NCBI RefSeq assembly: GCF_036321535.1
Contig: NC_087437.1
Span: 47,928,001 to 47,992,000 of the forward strand
Direction: 5' to 3'
DNA: 64,000 bases
Source: Camelus dromedarius
Taxonomy: Eukaryota
The translations under genes and the position numbers were made by a program. Positions 39,701-53,700 of this stretch are shown here, one piece after another. Each line of letters begins with the position of its first letter. Position 1 is the first letter of the stretch. Under the pieces are notes generated by a model that saw only the letters and a program-made list of their open reading frames with translations, was not told the DNA's origin and did no database searches.

Positions 39701-42700
39701 CTCTGCTCATTAGTGGTCTAGACAGACCTAACAGGGGTGTGTTGATCTAACTGTGGAGACAGAGAGCGGAAAGGAAACTTACTTCATTTATATGAGATAG
39801 GAATTTCTTCACTGAAACTCTTTTCGATCCTGAGTAGGTAAGAAAAGGATGAGATGTAGTTCTCCCGACTTCCATGTTCATCTAACGGGTCTTGTATTTT
39901 TGGAAATCACTGACTCACCTAAAGTATTAAAAGCTGTAATGGACAAGTTACTGAATAATTCATGGTTTTGTGTTACATGTCCATTGGTTCTCTGCTTCCT
40001 TGATTTTCTGTAATGGACTTTTCCTTAGGGGTGGTGAATTCCTGCAGAAGAAATCAACCACAAGATGGGGCTATTGTAAAGCTGCCAAGATATTTGGCTG
40101 GAGAGGGAAGGAGAGTCTGATCATTAGGGTTTCCTGTCTTCTGATGGAGCTTGCAGGGGCCAGCTGCCCTCTGAGATGGTCATTAATGACATGGACCAGC
40201 CAGATCATCTCCCTAGGCTCACTGAACTCCGTCACCTGCAGATGTCCCTGGCTTTTGAGTTGCAGCGTAGAGAAGGATGTCATGATGATGTGTTCAAGCA
40301 CTCTTAAATTTAAATGCACTCTGGGCCAAACTCTATGGCCTTACTCCTTGTTGCTTCCAAATTTAGAGCGCTTGTGGGCGAGGGTGGGGAAGGAGAAAGC
40401 ACCATGAGAAATCACACAGGATATGCAGAATCTATGGGCAGTAGGAGGTGAAAATTTTAATTATGCAAAGAGCATAAACCACCCTAACTCACTCAATGCA
40501 TTTTGCATCTGATTTTCTGGAAGAACAGATATTTTTAAAGTAGCCTTTCCAGCACTGTGCCTGGCCCATGGGAGGTGATCAGCAAGAGAATGGCTGAATG
40601 AAGAATTAAATGAATGCTAGGTGGTGGTGGGCAAGGGAACAGTGTTTTCAGTGCCTCCACTAAGTGCCATCTGGAGGAACTGGCAGTGCACTGCTGTGCT
40701 GTATTGCGTACGTCACAGGAAAGGGAAGAGGTGATTTCTTATACTTTGCTGCATTAGCACCTGAACCCATATGTCAGTCACGTTTCTTTTTCCTTTTACA
40801 AAAATTAACATTTATGTTATTTTTCTTATAATTAAAAGGATATGTGATAATTTTAGCAACTTGAGAAAATACAGACATATGAAAGAGGAAGATAAAGATC
40901 CCTCACAATCGTACTACCCAGTCATAACCACTGTTAAATGTTTGGTGTATATTCTTTAGATCTTTCTTTGCAATATATAAAAATGAATATAAATATATTT
41001 ATAAAAATATGACATTCTATTCTATACGTGCTATTTTTAAAAAGTGAAGTATAGTTGATTTGTAATAGTTTCAGGTGTACAACATAGTGATTCAGTAGTT
41101 TTATAGGTTATGCTCCATTTATAATTATTACAAAGTAAGGGCTGTATTTCCCTGTGCTGTACAGTGTATCCTGGGTGCTTGTCTGCTTTATACTATACCT
41201 ATATATATTATATAGCCTCTCTTTCCCTAACTGAGGGTGTACATTTTGCAAATCTAGGTCATTGAGCATATATGAATGATGTTTCATTGTACCATAATAT
41301 GTACATATCTAATTTTAGGCCAACTAGTTATTATTTAAATAAAAGACAATTTCAGAAAGTTTTAAATAGTAGGGTTATTTGCATATTCAGAAGGTGATGG
41401 CCACAATTTTTAAATAATACATTTCTTAAAAGGATGAATTCAGTGCCCAGAAGTACAACCAATGCCTCTTTCCATCCTTATGCAGGTAGTAAGTACTTGT
41501 TCAGCACTTAAGGTTGTTTCACTTCTTCCCTCCTCCCCTCCTCCCCTCCCTTCTCTACCAAAAATGATGCTGTAATGAACATTCTTGGGCTCTCACGTAT
41601 TATTTCTCTAGGGTAAGTTTCTGGAAGTGAAGCTTTGGAGTCAGAACTGCGTAGTGCTGAGGTTTTAATACAGATGCCCCCATTAGCCCCCGGAAACACA
41701 GCATCACCGTGTGCTCCTGTCCCATCCCTCCCGGCAGTGTGTCCCATGGGCTGCGCACCCTGCGTGGTTTTCGTATCTTTATCGCCTAGTTGTTTTTCTT
41801 GTGTTAATCGCTTCCTCATTGCCTTTGGCCTATTTCCCCATTTTTACTGAGGTTTTTAGATTTTTTTAAAAAAAATTGATTTGTATGAGAGTTTCAGATA
41901 TTGTATATTAATTTGGGAATACCTCATATCTTTACAATATTGAGTTTTTCTGGCCAGAAACGTAACCCTTTTCCTTTTTTTTCATTTCCCCCTTCTCCTG
42001 CCCCTGCAAAGCTATATGGTTTTCTTTATATATGTCCGTGCATTTCTGGTTTAGTTACTTCTCAGAATTAATTTTCTGTGTTACTTATGAATAATATTTT
42101 TTCCCATTATATTTTCTAAATTGTTTCTACTGAGTTTTGAAAAGTTCCTGACCTTGTAATTGGCCATTCAGCGGGTATTTGATTAGAATTACACTAAAGT
42201 CGTAGGTTCTACCCTGGGAGAGGGAAATGTGTGTTCTGTGTAGGTGGGTTGTTTACATTCCCAAGATTCCCAAGCTACTGCTTTTTACTTTTGTTTTGAT
42301 TGATGAATTGGTTGGGACATTTGACCTGGAGATAATGAAGACATTTTAAAGGTTTAAGCACTTGCTATCTAGGAGCAAAATGGAGAGCCAAAACAGACAG
42401 GGAGACAAACCAAGTAAAGCCAACAAGCTCAGTTTTCAGGGTTCTTTTGTAAGTAGCTGAATTGCTGAGCCAAACTTGTCTAAGCAAAAAGGGATGTCTT
42501 GTATTGTAAAAGACAAGACTTTCCTGGAAAGTCCCAGGAAGACTTGCCTTCGGGAATGCCCTTGACTCTGGGACTCAAACCCTTTTATCTGGGTGTGTCT
42601 CTTGGCTCTGCTTCCTTGGGGTTGGTTCCAGTCTCAGCCAGGATCTCCGTCACGGCCACAAGGTGGCTGCCAGTGCCTCCTACTGCTGTATCTTTCCAGG

Positions 42701-45700
42701 TTAAAATCCAGCAGAAGGAATCTTGTCCCACAGTTCTCAGCAGAGGTTCTGGGCATATGAGTGTCTGTCATGTACCCTCCCTGTCATGTGTGAGCTGAGA
42801 GGAGAAGGGTTGAGCCTCTCAAAGCACTGGGTTGAGTGTGGTCCTAGACCAGCAGAATCTGCATCACCTGAGGACTTGTTGGAAATGCACATTCTTGGGC
42901 CTCACCCACACCTTCTGAATTAGGACCACTGGGGGCGGGCTTAGCAATTGCGGTTTAATAGGCCCTCCAGGTGGTTCTAATTCAGCTTAAATTGAGAACC
43001 ACCACCTTAACAGCAAAGTTAGGTTACTCTTTAAGAAAGAGGCTAGTGGCCACTGGAACATCACTGTACCAGGTTAATGCTGAAAATAATGACAAGGTAG
43101 GTGTTTGAATTGGAAAAAAAAAAAGTGACTATTACAAGGACAGGGATTAAAGAAGCACTTGTATTAAACTCTTCCTTTAGGAAATACGTTAATTAAAAAT
43201 GACTATTGCCATCTTTTTGAATGAGGAAGTAGTGTCATTGCATCAGACTTTTATTTAAATGTTACCTACTTTGATTAAAAGGGTCAGTGCTGTTAGCACT
43301 TGGTGAAGTCACAGCTGTCCTTTATGGGTGTCCACTAAGTGCCAGGCCTTTCCGCTACGGCTTTTCCCTCCTTACACGAAGTATTCAGAGGAAGAGGCGG
43401 TAACTGACAAGGTTATTGACTTGCTTGTGGTAGAACCTCCTTGGAATTTGGGTCTGGCTGATTTTAAAGATTGCATTTTCTCCTTTACCCCCTATTGAGT
43501 CATCTTACTTGAAATTTTCTGAATGGGAATGGAGGCAGGAGTCCTTTCCAGAAGGCTCTATTTTATTGTCATGTCCTACCCATTTTAAGGGCTACATTTG
43601 ACTTTCTGTTGAGTTTTTTAAATTTTGAAGAAGTGGGAAATGAAGCCTTCAGTCTGACCTCTCTGGGCTTCTACCCTTTGCAGAATCATTTCTGTTTCTG
43701 TGTTGCACTTTATGAGCATTTAATTTTTCTTTTTTTTAAGAACTCACTGATTGCTAGTGTAATTAAAATGTGATTAGGCTGTGATTACTCAGAACCTGCT
43801 CTGGCTCCTTCAGCCATGCTGCTGTAATGGTGCCGACATCTGCTGCAGCTGAGGCTTTTTCAGCAAGGGGAGTAGAGAGACGTTTCATTTCCATAACGGT
43901 GGGGCTCCCGAGGCGCAGGGCTCCCTAAGGAATGCAGCCAGGACAGGCTCAGGAAAGCAGAGGTGTGGTGCCCAGGGAAGTGAGCCCCAGTGGTCCACTT
44001 GAGAGCCACACACACTCGCTCAGTCCATCTGGGCTCTCGTTCTCATCCCACGTCAGCATCTATCCATTTCAGTGGTGCTACTGGAAGTCAAGAGGAAGCC
44101 ACTCTGGGGAGTAAACTAATTTACACTGAAGTGTGGGTGACCGAGAACTATTAAGCTTGGCGGGAAGTGTCTGATCTTTGTTGTTTAGGCAGTATAAAAA
44201 AGAGAAGGCCTGGTGGATTGGTAATTTTGAGCTGGCTGGGGTTGAAGAGGCAATTTGTCGACCTTTAAAGAGTCTGTCCATGTTGTCAGCTGCCTTAAGC
44301 TGTTATTGATGTACCCAAATCCTCCTTTTTCTCTTTTTGGGAATTCAGTGGTTCTCTAAAAGCTCCAAATCCACCCTCTGCCCCACACCATGCACCTAGG
44401 TCTTGTCTTGGAGCAGGACTGAGGGAAACCAGGCTGTGGGGGATAGAGATTGTTTGCAGGTAGAAGGTGTTTGTGAGTCAGATGTTGGTAAATTGGGGAT
44501 GACATGTTCCCCTCTGTTGGTAAGGGATGGTGATGAAACAGATTATTCAAGTTAGGAAGATTCAATTGGAAAACTCAGTATGGGTTTCTCCCTGGAATTC
44601 TGCAGGGCCCCTGGGGTCTTGGTGGTGGTTTCAAGGAGTCTTTTGGTGTTTCTGTATTTTGAGCACTCTGTAGCCTCACTAAATAGTGTGTCGTGCCCTC
44701 GTGAGATGCTGCTGCTTTTCAAGTGGTTGTAGATGCTTTAAAGGCTTATAAAATATAAATTAACTGCACTCTTGAGTCTAGCGTTGCTTTTGGTCATTAT
44801 GTGTTACTGAACTGTAATTTCCAAAAAGGCAAAAAATCATGACTGTCAGGTACGTATAAACAACACGTACCACAGGTTTTCTTTGAGTCATTAATTAGGG
44901 AACCACTTAGTTGTCAATGCAGGTTCAAAAGCATCTGAAAAGCTAGGATATTTAAAGATAATTTGATTGCTGATCTAGATATCAAATTAGTGTCTTATCA
45001 GGATCGTAACTCCTTGAAGTTATAGGTGTTGATGGAAGAAAAACACACAGCCTAGAAGTTGCAAATTAAGTTTTACCCAGGGACCTTGCTGAGAACTACA
45101 GCCTGGAAGACAGGCTCTTAGAGAGCTCTGAGGGACTGCTCTGAAGAGGTAAGACAGGAGACAGAATGTATGGGAGTTTTTGCTTAAAAAAAAAAAAAAA
45201 AGTGGAACATGAAAAGATTACTGCTAATCACAAAAAACAGACATCTCAAGTTAATATTCTGAGTGCTTTTCTATGTATGGGAAGATGCAAGAGTCTGCGC
45301 TCACTGAAATCATTCTTCAGATTTGCATCTAACTCTCTAAGGCTAGTATCCAGCGCATAGAATGGTTCCTGTGTTTTCTCTGTACTGAATTCCCCTCAGG
45401 GCACGCCACCGGGGTGGCTGCAGTGGCTGATGGCTTGATCCTTGTAGAACCGAAATGGCCGGCAACACTCCCTGCCCGCAGTGCCCTCTCTTGGTCATAA
45501 ATTCCACCAAGACTGGGGAGGCATTTTGTGACCAGTTTGTCCTGCAGTACTAAGAATTCTCATTCCTAGGTCAGACGAGGATTTTGTTGATAGGCCATTC
45601 GGTGTGCTGTTTTTGAATTAGACCCTGTTGGCAACCTGAAGTTCTCGGGATCGTCTGATTCCTGCTGGCTTATTATGATCCAGGAAGTGTTTTCCTTTAT

Positions 45701-48700
45701 TACTTCTTCCCATATCTAGAGTTGCACTGTTACGGTTATTCTGTATAGAGCTCTCTATGTGATCGATGGCCTCAGGATGTGTAGACACCATTAATTTTGT
45801 CAGAGGCCTGGTTACACATCAGGTAAAGCAAGAGACAACAGTCTTACAAAGCAGAAGATCAGTCATCTAGCGAGTGGTGTTAGTAAGGTCATAGCACAGC
45901 AGAGAGAGAGTCAAGGTATAGACAGCCTGAAACAACAAAGAGAACAAATTAAAACAATGGTTAGTGTAACTGGTTGCAGTCTGGATTGCAGTAAGTCATC
46001 AAGTCCAGAGGGGGAGCCAGCTGGAGAAGCCAGATTCGGGAGGGCCCAGGTAGAGAGGGAAAGATAAATGTTTCTTTGTGCACAAAGTTATACCTTATCA
46101 ATTTGCTGTAAGTCATAGTTAGCATAAGAGGAAAGGGTTTCTGGAAAACAATGATTAAAAGCCACTAATATTTCATACAAAAAGTCATAAAATTATAAAT
46201 CATATTTATCAGTTCATTCAGTCCTATGTAATTAATTTTTGTTGATCTGGATGAAGCCATCATTCAGTCCTATGTAATTAATTTTTGTTGATCTGGATGA
46301 AGCCATCAGGTTTTCCATTGGTTTTGTAATTTCTTGCCCACTTCAGTGGTTCGTTCTAAAAGTAGTTCCGTGATATGTGTAAGTCATCAGAAACTTGTAT
46401 TTGTCAGAAAGTCTTTTTTATGGATCTTGAAGGTCTTCATTTTCTAAAAGCATCAAAGTAAAACAGTGACTGTCTATAAATGACAGAAGACTTTAAAATG
46501 ACATAGTTAAAGATATCATTACAATGCAGTTGACAAAAAACTTGGTTATTTCTAAGATGTACAACATTTTAAGATAGTAACTAGAATTATGACTGGTAAC
46601 ATTCAATTATGACTGGTAACCAGGACATACCAGATTTTTAGAGATTCCATATAATTTTTGGAATATCCATACGAATGACATTTACCCATACAATATAATG
46701 CAAGAAGGTTTATCACCATCTGTTTAACAATGTTTCCCATGTAATTTAACATACCAAATCAATCTAATTAGTTTAATATCTTTCTTTGGGATGTTTCAGG
46801 GCCCTTTGAAGCATCCCAAAGTTTGCTAGAGGTCAGGAGAGCTTCATTTAGAATTTGACTTGGGGAAGTTTGTCAAGGATATCAAAAGGTTTTAAAAAAT
46901 GTGGTCAAATGGGATCCTAGGTCACTGTGACACAGTACTTATTTCATTCAACCAGGGTGACAATAAAAGGTTTTAAAGGCAAATACAGAAAGTTACAGAT
47001 TACTTAAAAGGTAAAGAAACTTTACAGTCTGTTATGAAAAGCAGATCAGTGTTCCAAGGAAACTACAGAGGGCAGCTCTAGTGCCTGATGGCTTGATCCT
47101 TGTAGCCCTGGGATGGCAGGCAGTCTACACGGGCATACCTTCGCCGTGCTGTGCTTAACACATAGTGCACTTTTTACAAATTGAAGGCTCGTGGCCACAC
47201 TGCGTCAAGCAAGACTTTTGGCACCATTCCCCAACAGCATTTGCTCACTTTGTTGCTTCTGTGTCACATTTTGGTAATTCTCGCGATATTTCAAACCCTC
47301 CACCAGCAAAAAGATCATGACTTGCTGAAGGCTCAGATGATGGTCAGCATTTTTTAGCTATAAGGTATTTTTTAACCAAAGTACATAAATTGCTTTTATA
47401 GACATAATGCTATTGCACACTTAATAGGCTACAGCATCGTGTAAACGTAGCTTTTATATACACTGGGAAACCAAAAAATTCCTGTGATTTCAATATTTGC
47501 TTTATTATGGTGGTCTAGAACTGAACCCGCAGTGTCTCTGAGGCATGCCCATGTCTGTTCCACTGGACAGAATTTTTTGGTACAGGTCAAAAATCTACAC
47601 GTTAACAAGTAACTTCACTAAGTTTGGAACCCTTCTTTAATCAGTAGTAAGCAGTGAGATGAGCTAAGTTCATTCCCCTAGACCAGGGGCCAGCAGACTT
47701 TTTCCCTGGAGGGTCAGAGAGTGGACCTTTCAGGCTTCACAGGCCACACACTTGTCATCTCATCTTTCTGTCCCTGCCCTTTCCCCCTTTCTCCTTGGCA
47801 GTATGGAAGCAGGCTGTGGGCTGGATTTGGCCTCTGGGTCATCGCAGTACGCCAGCTCCTACCCTAGACAGTCCTTGGGTGACACAAAAGGGCCTTCTGC
47901 TACCTCGCTTGCTTTCCAAGTTTTCATGTAACGTTTCTAACAGTGCTTTCTCAAAGAATAAGATCTAAATACAATCCCTATTTTGGTGGGTGGGGTGGTA
48001 AAATTTTGATATTAAAACATTCTTCATATTAGAAAAGTTGGGAACATTTTCCCAAGTTCGAAAAAAGGCAAGTTTTGATGAGAGAGGGAAGTGGGAGGGA
48101 AGTTGCTAGTTTCAGACACGGACTCCAGCTGTTTAGAGGGACTCCCATCGGCCGGGTGTTGGACATACTGGGTTAGGCAGTTTTGCCCAGTGTTTCCAGG
48201 TCCTTTGAAAGTTTCTCTGTTGAATGTCAACATTTTAGGAACGATTTACCTTGCTTCAAAATGCATTTTCTGTCTACAGAAAAAGGGGTATCTATGTTTT
48301 TTGAGAGTGTGAGACCTCTGGGAACTGGGAGAAGAACCAGCAGTGGCTTCCTGGCTGGTTTATTCACCTTCACTCTCTCTTTGGAAACAGATGTAAATTG
48401 AGATTTCTTACCTGTTGAATGTTTGCAAATTTATTGAGATTTTTCTCTTGTGCTGTTGGTTCCTAGCAGGAGGCCTTGAATAATGCATGGCGTGGTTGCT
48501 TTTATTGATAAACACAGTTAATTTTAATTATAGGACTAAGATTTATGTTAATCTTTTCTCTTTATTTTTGTCATTTTGAGTATACCCATGAATTAATTGC
48601 TTTTAACCAAAGAGAGGAAACATTCCTTTGGGGGCTTAATGACATGTTTGGCTGTACTGGGGTGTAGGGTTTGTTCTTTTCTCTGTGTCTGTGTGTTTTG

Positions 48701-50692
48701 TCCACATGGTGGCTGTGTTGGTGTCTGAGCAATGTTTGATTGACATGCCCCTGACTTATGGTGGGAAGTGCTCATTAAATCCTCTGTTCAGTTATTTAAG
48801 TCATTGTTTTGGGGGACAGTTCCTTTGGGGGAAAAATACTGGTTGGAGCATCTCATTCTCTCTTTATTTCATGAAAATTCTGAGGGCAGCTGCCTTATAG
48901 GAGACCGGCACCATATGTCTCAAATTGAAGATTTGGAATTTGATGTATTGGAATTGGAATTATTCTAAAAGAGCTTTAAACACCAACCAGGGCCAAGAAA
49001 CCTGACAAAGTCACCACCTACACTGTCTTACTTACTAGGGAGCGGGTGGGTTCTTAGTGGTGGGGGACACAGGGGAGGGCAGCCGAGGGCGGGAGCCCTG
49101 GATCACTAAGTGCCAGGCAACGTGATTATTATTCACAGCTGTCTTTTTGCCTGGTTTCTGTTTCAAACCTGTGCTTTTTTTTTTCTTTCTTTCTTGTTTT
49201 CCTTTTGGTTGTCAGTTGATGTGACAGCTCACAGCAAAAACTTAGCTGATGACAGGAAAGGCAATTTCCCCCGATTCATTTCTTTTTTAAAATAATTTCA
49301 CTAATTTATACCCCAATGTATACTTCGGTAGGTGGTTTATATAAATATATACAATATGAAAAGATATAAAAACAAGTGAGGACATGGAGTGAAGGGGGCC
49401 ATGCCTCCCACATGGTAGGCGCTGTTCTCTGTGCCTGGAATATTTCCAGAAAGAAAGCAGACTTGTCCTTATGGAGCTGTATTCTAGCCCAGGATAAAGG
49501 GAGGGCAACAAGGAAGAAATGCACAAGTAAGGATGCGCCACGGTGTTACTTGGAGCTCTGTGGACAACAGTAAAGCAGGGTTGGGGTGAGGTGGGGTGGA
49601 AGGAGAAGAATTTGCTGTTTTATAAGAAAGACCTCTGGGAGATGACCTTTGATTGAGACCTTGATGAAGCGAGGGGTGGATTATGCGGCATCTGAAAGAA
49701 GAGCTCAGGTAGAAGGAACAGTAGGTGTGGAGGCTTGAAGTCCTCTGTATTCACGAGAGGAGTAGCCAGGGGGCTGGAGTAGCTGGAGTGGAGTGAGGAG
49801 GAGAGCATGAGGAGGTGCGGGGGGCCTCACAGGTCATTGTACAAGTGAGGTTGGGCTTCCACTTAGACTGCTCTGGCAGCCACACTGAGAATGGTGGGGA
49901 GGGGGCAGGGGAGGGAGCAGGGCGTCCAGGTAGGAGGGGAGGCTGTTGTATTAATTCGGGCAAGAGAGGATGGTTGCTGGGATTAGGGGTTACTAGTGGA
50001 GGTGGTTAAGATGTGGTTGGATTCTCTATAAAGTCTGAAGGAAATGCTGGATATATTTTTGAAGGATTTGCTGATGGATTGGATGTGTGTAGAGTATGTG
50101 AAATAAGTCAAGATTTTGTCCTGAGTTCCTGGAAGAAGGGAATCACCACGAACTGATGTAGATAAAGCTGAGAAGATGCTCAGCGAACGGGGAATGAAAG
50201 GGAATTTTCTCAGCCTGACCCCACAGCTCACCTCGTACTTACTGGTGGAAGACTGAACGCTCTTCCCCGAAGAGCAGGAACAAGACAAGGATGTCCACCC
50301 TTGCCACTGCTGTTTAACGTGGGGCAAGAGGCTCTAGCCACGGCAGTTATGCAAGAAAAAGAAACAGGCAGCCAGATAAGCCAGGAAGAGGTAAAACTAT
50401 TTCTGTTTAGCCAATGACATAGTCTTGTATATAGAGAATCCTAAGGAATCGACTTTAAAAACTATCAGGACTAATAAATGGGTTCAGCAAGATTGTAGGA
50501 AACAAGATCAATATACAAAATTTAATTGTAGTTCTGTACATTAGCAGTGAACATTCTGGAAATGAAATTAGGAAAATGTTTGCATTGAACGCCATGAGAC
50601 TGGATGAGATCACCCAGAGAGGGAGGGAGAGAGGAAATGAGGTGGGGGGGTGGGGAGGGAGAGAGAGAGAGAGAGAGAGAGTGAGTGAGTGA

Positions 50693-50751
<59 letters not shown>

Positions 50752-53700
50752 CGCGCGCGCGCGCCGCAAGCAAGCAAGCGGCGCACAGAGGAAAGAAAGG
50801 TCTGAGGTCAGAGCCCCAGGTCACCAATATTTAAAGGTCAGCGAGAAGAGTAGAAGCCAGTGAGGCATCTGGGCAACCAACATAGAGTCATGTCCTGGGG
50901 GCAAATGCTTGAGGAAGGAGGAGGTGGTCCACAGTATGCAAAGTGCTGAAGGGTAAGATGAGGAGGGAGGATTCACAGCTGAGTATTTGGATGGGTACTG
51001 GCAACCAGCAAGAGGGAGAGAATGGCAGAGAGAGGGGCCAGGGAAAGGGTCTATCCAGAACCAATACACTTGTAAAATACAACAGAAATTGAGTACTAAA
51101 AAAATGAATATGCAAGGCCATTTTTCCCCTATTAGATTCAACAGGCATGACTGCTACTCTAAGTTATTAAGAAAGCTTGTCAGCGCTCACTCGGTGTCTG
51201 TGCTGCCTCATCGCAGTCTGCAGCAGTTTGCGGAGCTGGGCTGGTACCAGCCTCGGGACCCACTGTGTGTTGCGTAGGTGTTGTGTAGGCCTAGGACTGG
51301 CCGGGGGAGCATGAGCTGAATTTCCTCCACTGTGGATTTGTACAGCATCCTGTGCTCGATGGCGGGAGGTACTTGTTAGGGAGTAAACATCCATCTCGTG
51401 CTCTAAGTAAGGCTACACATCTGTTCAGGCAGGAAGCCTGAAGTTTGGTCCCATATAGTTTATAACCATGAGCAAGTCAGAAATCACAAGACGCATATCC
51501 TGAGCATCATCCCTTCCTGGAAACGGTACCAGCTATCTGCTGTTTTCTTCCTAATCCTGACATTTGTGTGGTATTTTAGTCTGAACTGCTCATTTAAGCC
51601 TCACACAACCTTATGAAGTGGGTGGATTTTTCATTTCTGTGAAGAAATGGGCTCAGAGATGAGACAACTTCTCCACCCGCATGCTGCTCGGAAGTGATGG
51701 AGCCAGGACCACCCTTTTAGACCTGTGAGCTTGCCCCCAGACTGGGCTGTGGGATTTTTAACCCCCTTTCAGATAGGAACTTACTGTCGGCTGTGCTCTG
51801 ATTGTTTATGTCCTGCTTTTGATATGAATTTGCAGGTTGAAGTTGGTGTCACTTGGGATATGTGTGTATGTGGGTATTCTCAGCATAGCAAGTAAACAGA
51901 CTGTGTCTTTCAAGCTGAACAGTTGCTGGATTACACTCTTACTGGCTTTAAATTCTGATCAGAAGTGCTATTGATTTCTAGAAATGCCACCTTGTAACTG
52001 AGTTGTTTCTTCTTTCACAGTGTACGAATTATTTGCGTTCATCAGTCACATGGGAACATCTACAATGAGTGGCCATTATGTTTGCCACATCAAAAAGGAA
52101 GGAAGGTGAGTCTTTTTGAGAAGGTAAAAGGAGATCTGTTTGAGCACCTGCTATGTGCCAGCCACTCCACTAGGTGTTTCATATGTTATCTCATTTGGTT
52201 CTCACAATAGGGGTAGACTCTTAAAGCCATTTTATACATCAAGACTCTGAGGCTCAGGGAGGCTGAGTAGCTCGACCGTAGCAGCTGCGTCTGAGCTGGT
52301 TTTCAGAGCCCCTCTCCACCGTCATAGCAAGGCGGCTTCCCAAAGTAAAGGCGCACCCTGCAGCAGGATGTCCACATTTGGACTCTGTGGGATTGTCAGA
52401 TTTGGCCAGCAAAATGAAGGAAAGCGAGAAAACCAGGATGCCCCATTACATTTGAATTTCAGATAGTGAATCACTTGTTAGTATAAATAGGTGTCAACTA
52501 TCGCATGGGACATACTTGCATTAAAAAAGTTGTTTGTTCCTTATGTGATGCTCACATTTGACTGGGTGAGTTAACCCAGTGTTCTATCTGGCAACCCTAA
52601 CGCCCAGTGTTTGCCCTCTTGCAGCCTTGGCTTCTTAAGGATTGTAGGGTGTGTGGTGAGCCGGGAATGAGACAGTTGTGGGGCGTGAGGCCGCTGCTCT
52701 CTTCAGAACCTTGAACCTTCTCTCTGGGCTGGATCCACACAGGCCCCCCTGGTCTCCCTTCCTTGAGCTCCCCCTGAGTAGCCTGGCCTGTGGGTCAGCA
52801 TCCCTGCTGAGGCAGTGCCTGGGCCTCGTGGGCGCAGGAGGAGCGTGTTCCCTTGGTCCTCCTGGTAGGACGTTAACCTCTCACTCGGGGCCCCGCACTG
52901 CAGGGGTGACTGGTTCCCACCCGGGGGTCCACTGTTCTCCTTTCTGGTGTGTCTTTTAGTTTTGTCTTCTCAACTTGATTCATAAAATAGTTGAGCACAG
53001 GAACTTGGTTTGGAGTGAATTGTTTTTATTACCAATCACGATGACTCTTTGAAAAATACTTTTCTTAAGAAAAATAGCTTAATTATAATTTAAAAAGCAG
53101 TGAAATTCATTATAAGGAATTTGTAAAATACAAAAACATACAGAGAATATGGGGTCTGGAAGCCTAGAGATAACCATTGTCTGTATTTCGATACAGTTCT
53201 CTTTGTTTTATTGTTTTCATCGGGAGAGGGTGTGCATGTCTGTATACACACGTCCTACATGGAAACGTGTGTATGTATTTACAACTTTTGTAAAGCTTAA
53301 AGTCCACACACAGTGTGTATAACTTTGTAACCTGCTTTTCCCCACTTCATATTGTGATTATTTTCTCACTTTACCAAGTATTCTTTGAAGGTATTTTAAT
53401 AGTTGGACAGTTCACTGCATGTCTACTTACTTTTGATTTTTAGCTAGTTTTACACCTAAGGCTGAAATGAACACATACTTCTTTGACTCAGTTTCTGAGG
53501 CCATCTCTGGTTTCTACAAATGAAATTAGGAGAACAAAGGGTTTGAAATGTTTGGAGGCTCCCTTGGGAACTACTTTTTGATCAAATGTGAGGATAAAAA
53601 AGCAGTTGTCCTTCCCTGCTAGCGTTCTGCTTCCCTTCATACAGCGGACTTGAGTTTGGTTTATCGAGAACATCTTGATTGTTTTAGGTTTGGTGCAGTA

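Larger units (their letters stand above)
49395..50990 (-). mobile_element. L2 LINE, interrupted by an L1 fragment and a microsatellite
   Basis: L2 antisense motifs: tggagctgtattctag, gtggttggattctctataaagtctgaagg, gccatgagactggatgagatcacc, caatatttaaaggtcag. Confidence 0.75.

Noticed and set aside
45027..45480. Interferon-responsive GAS enhancer in the MER41-like LTR
   Set aside because: I could not find a TTCNNNGAA motif in this LTR by eye, and the family assignment is from memory
50455..50827. ORFs with RARA/HTHT repeats
   Set aside because: They are translations of the compound microsatellite
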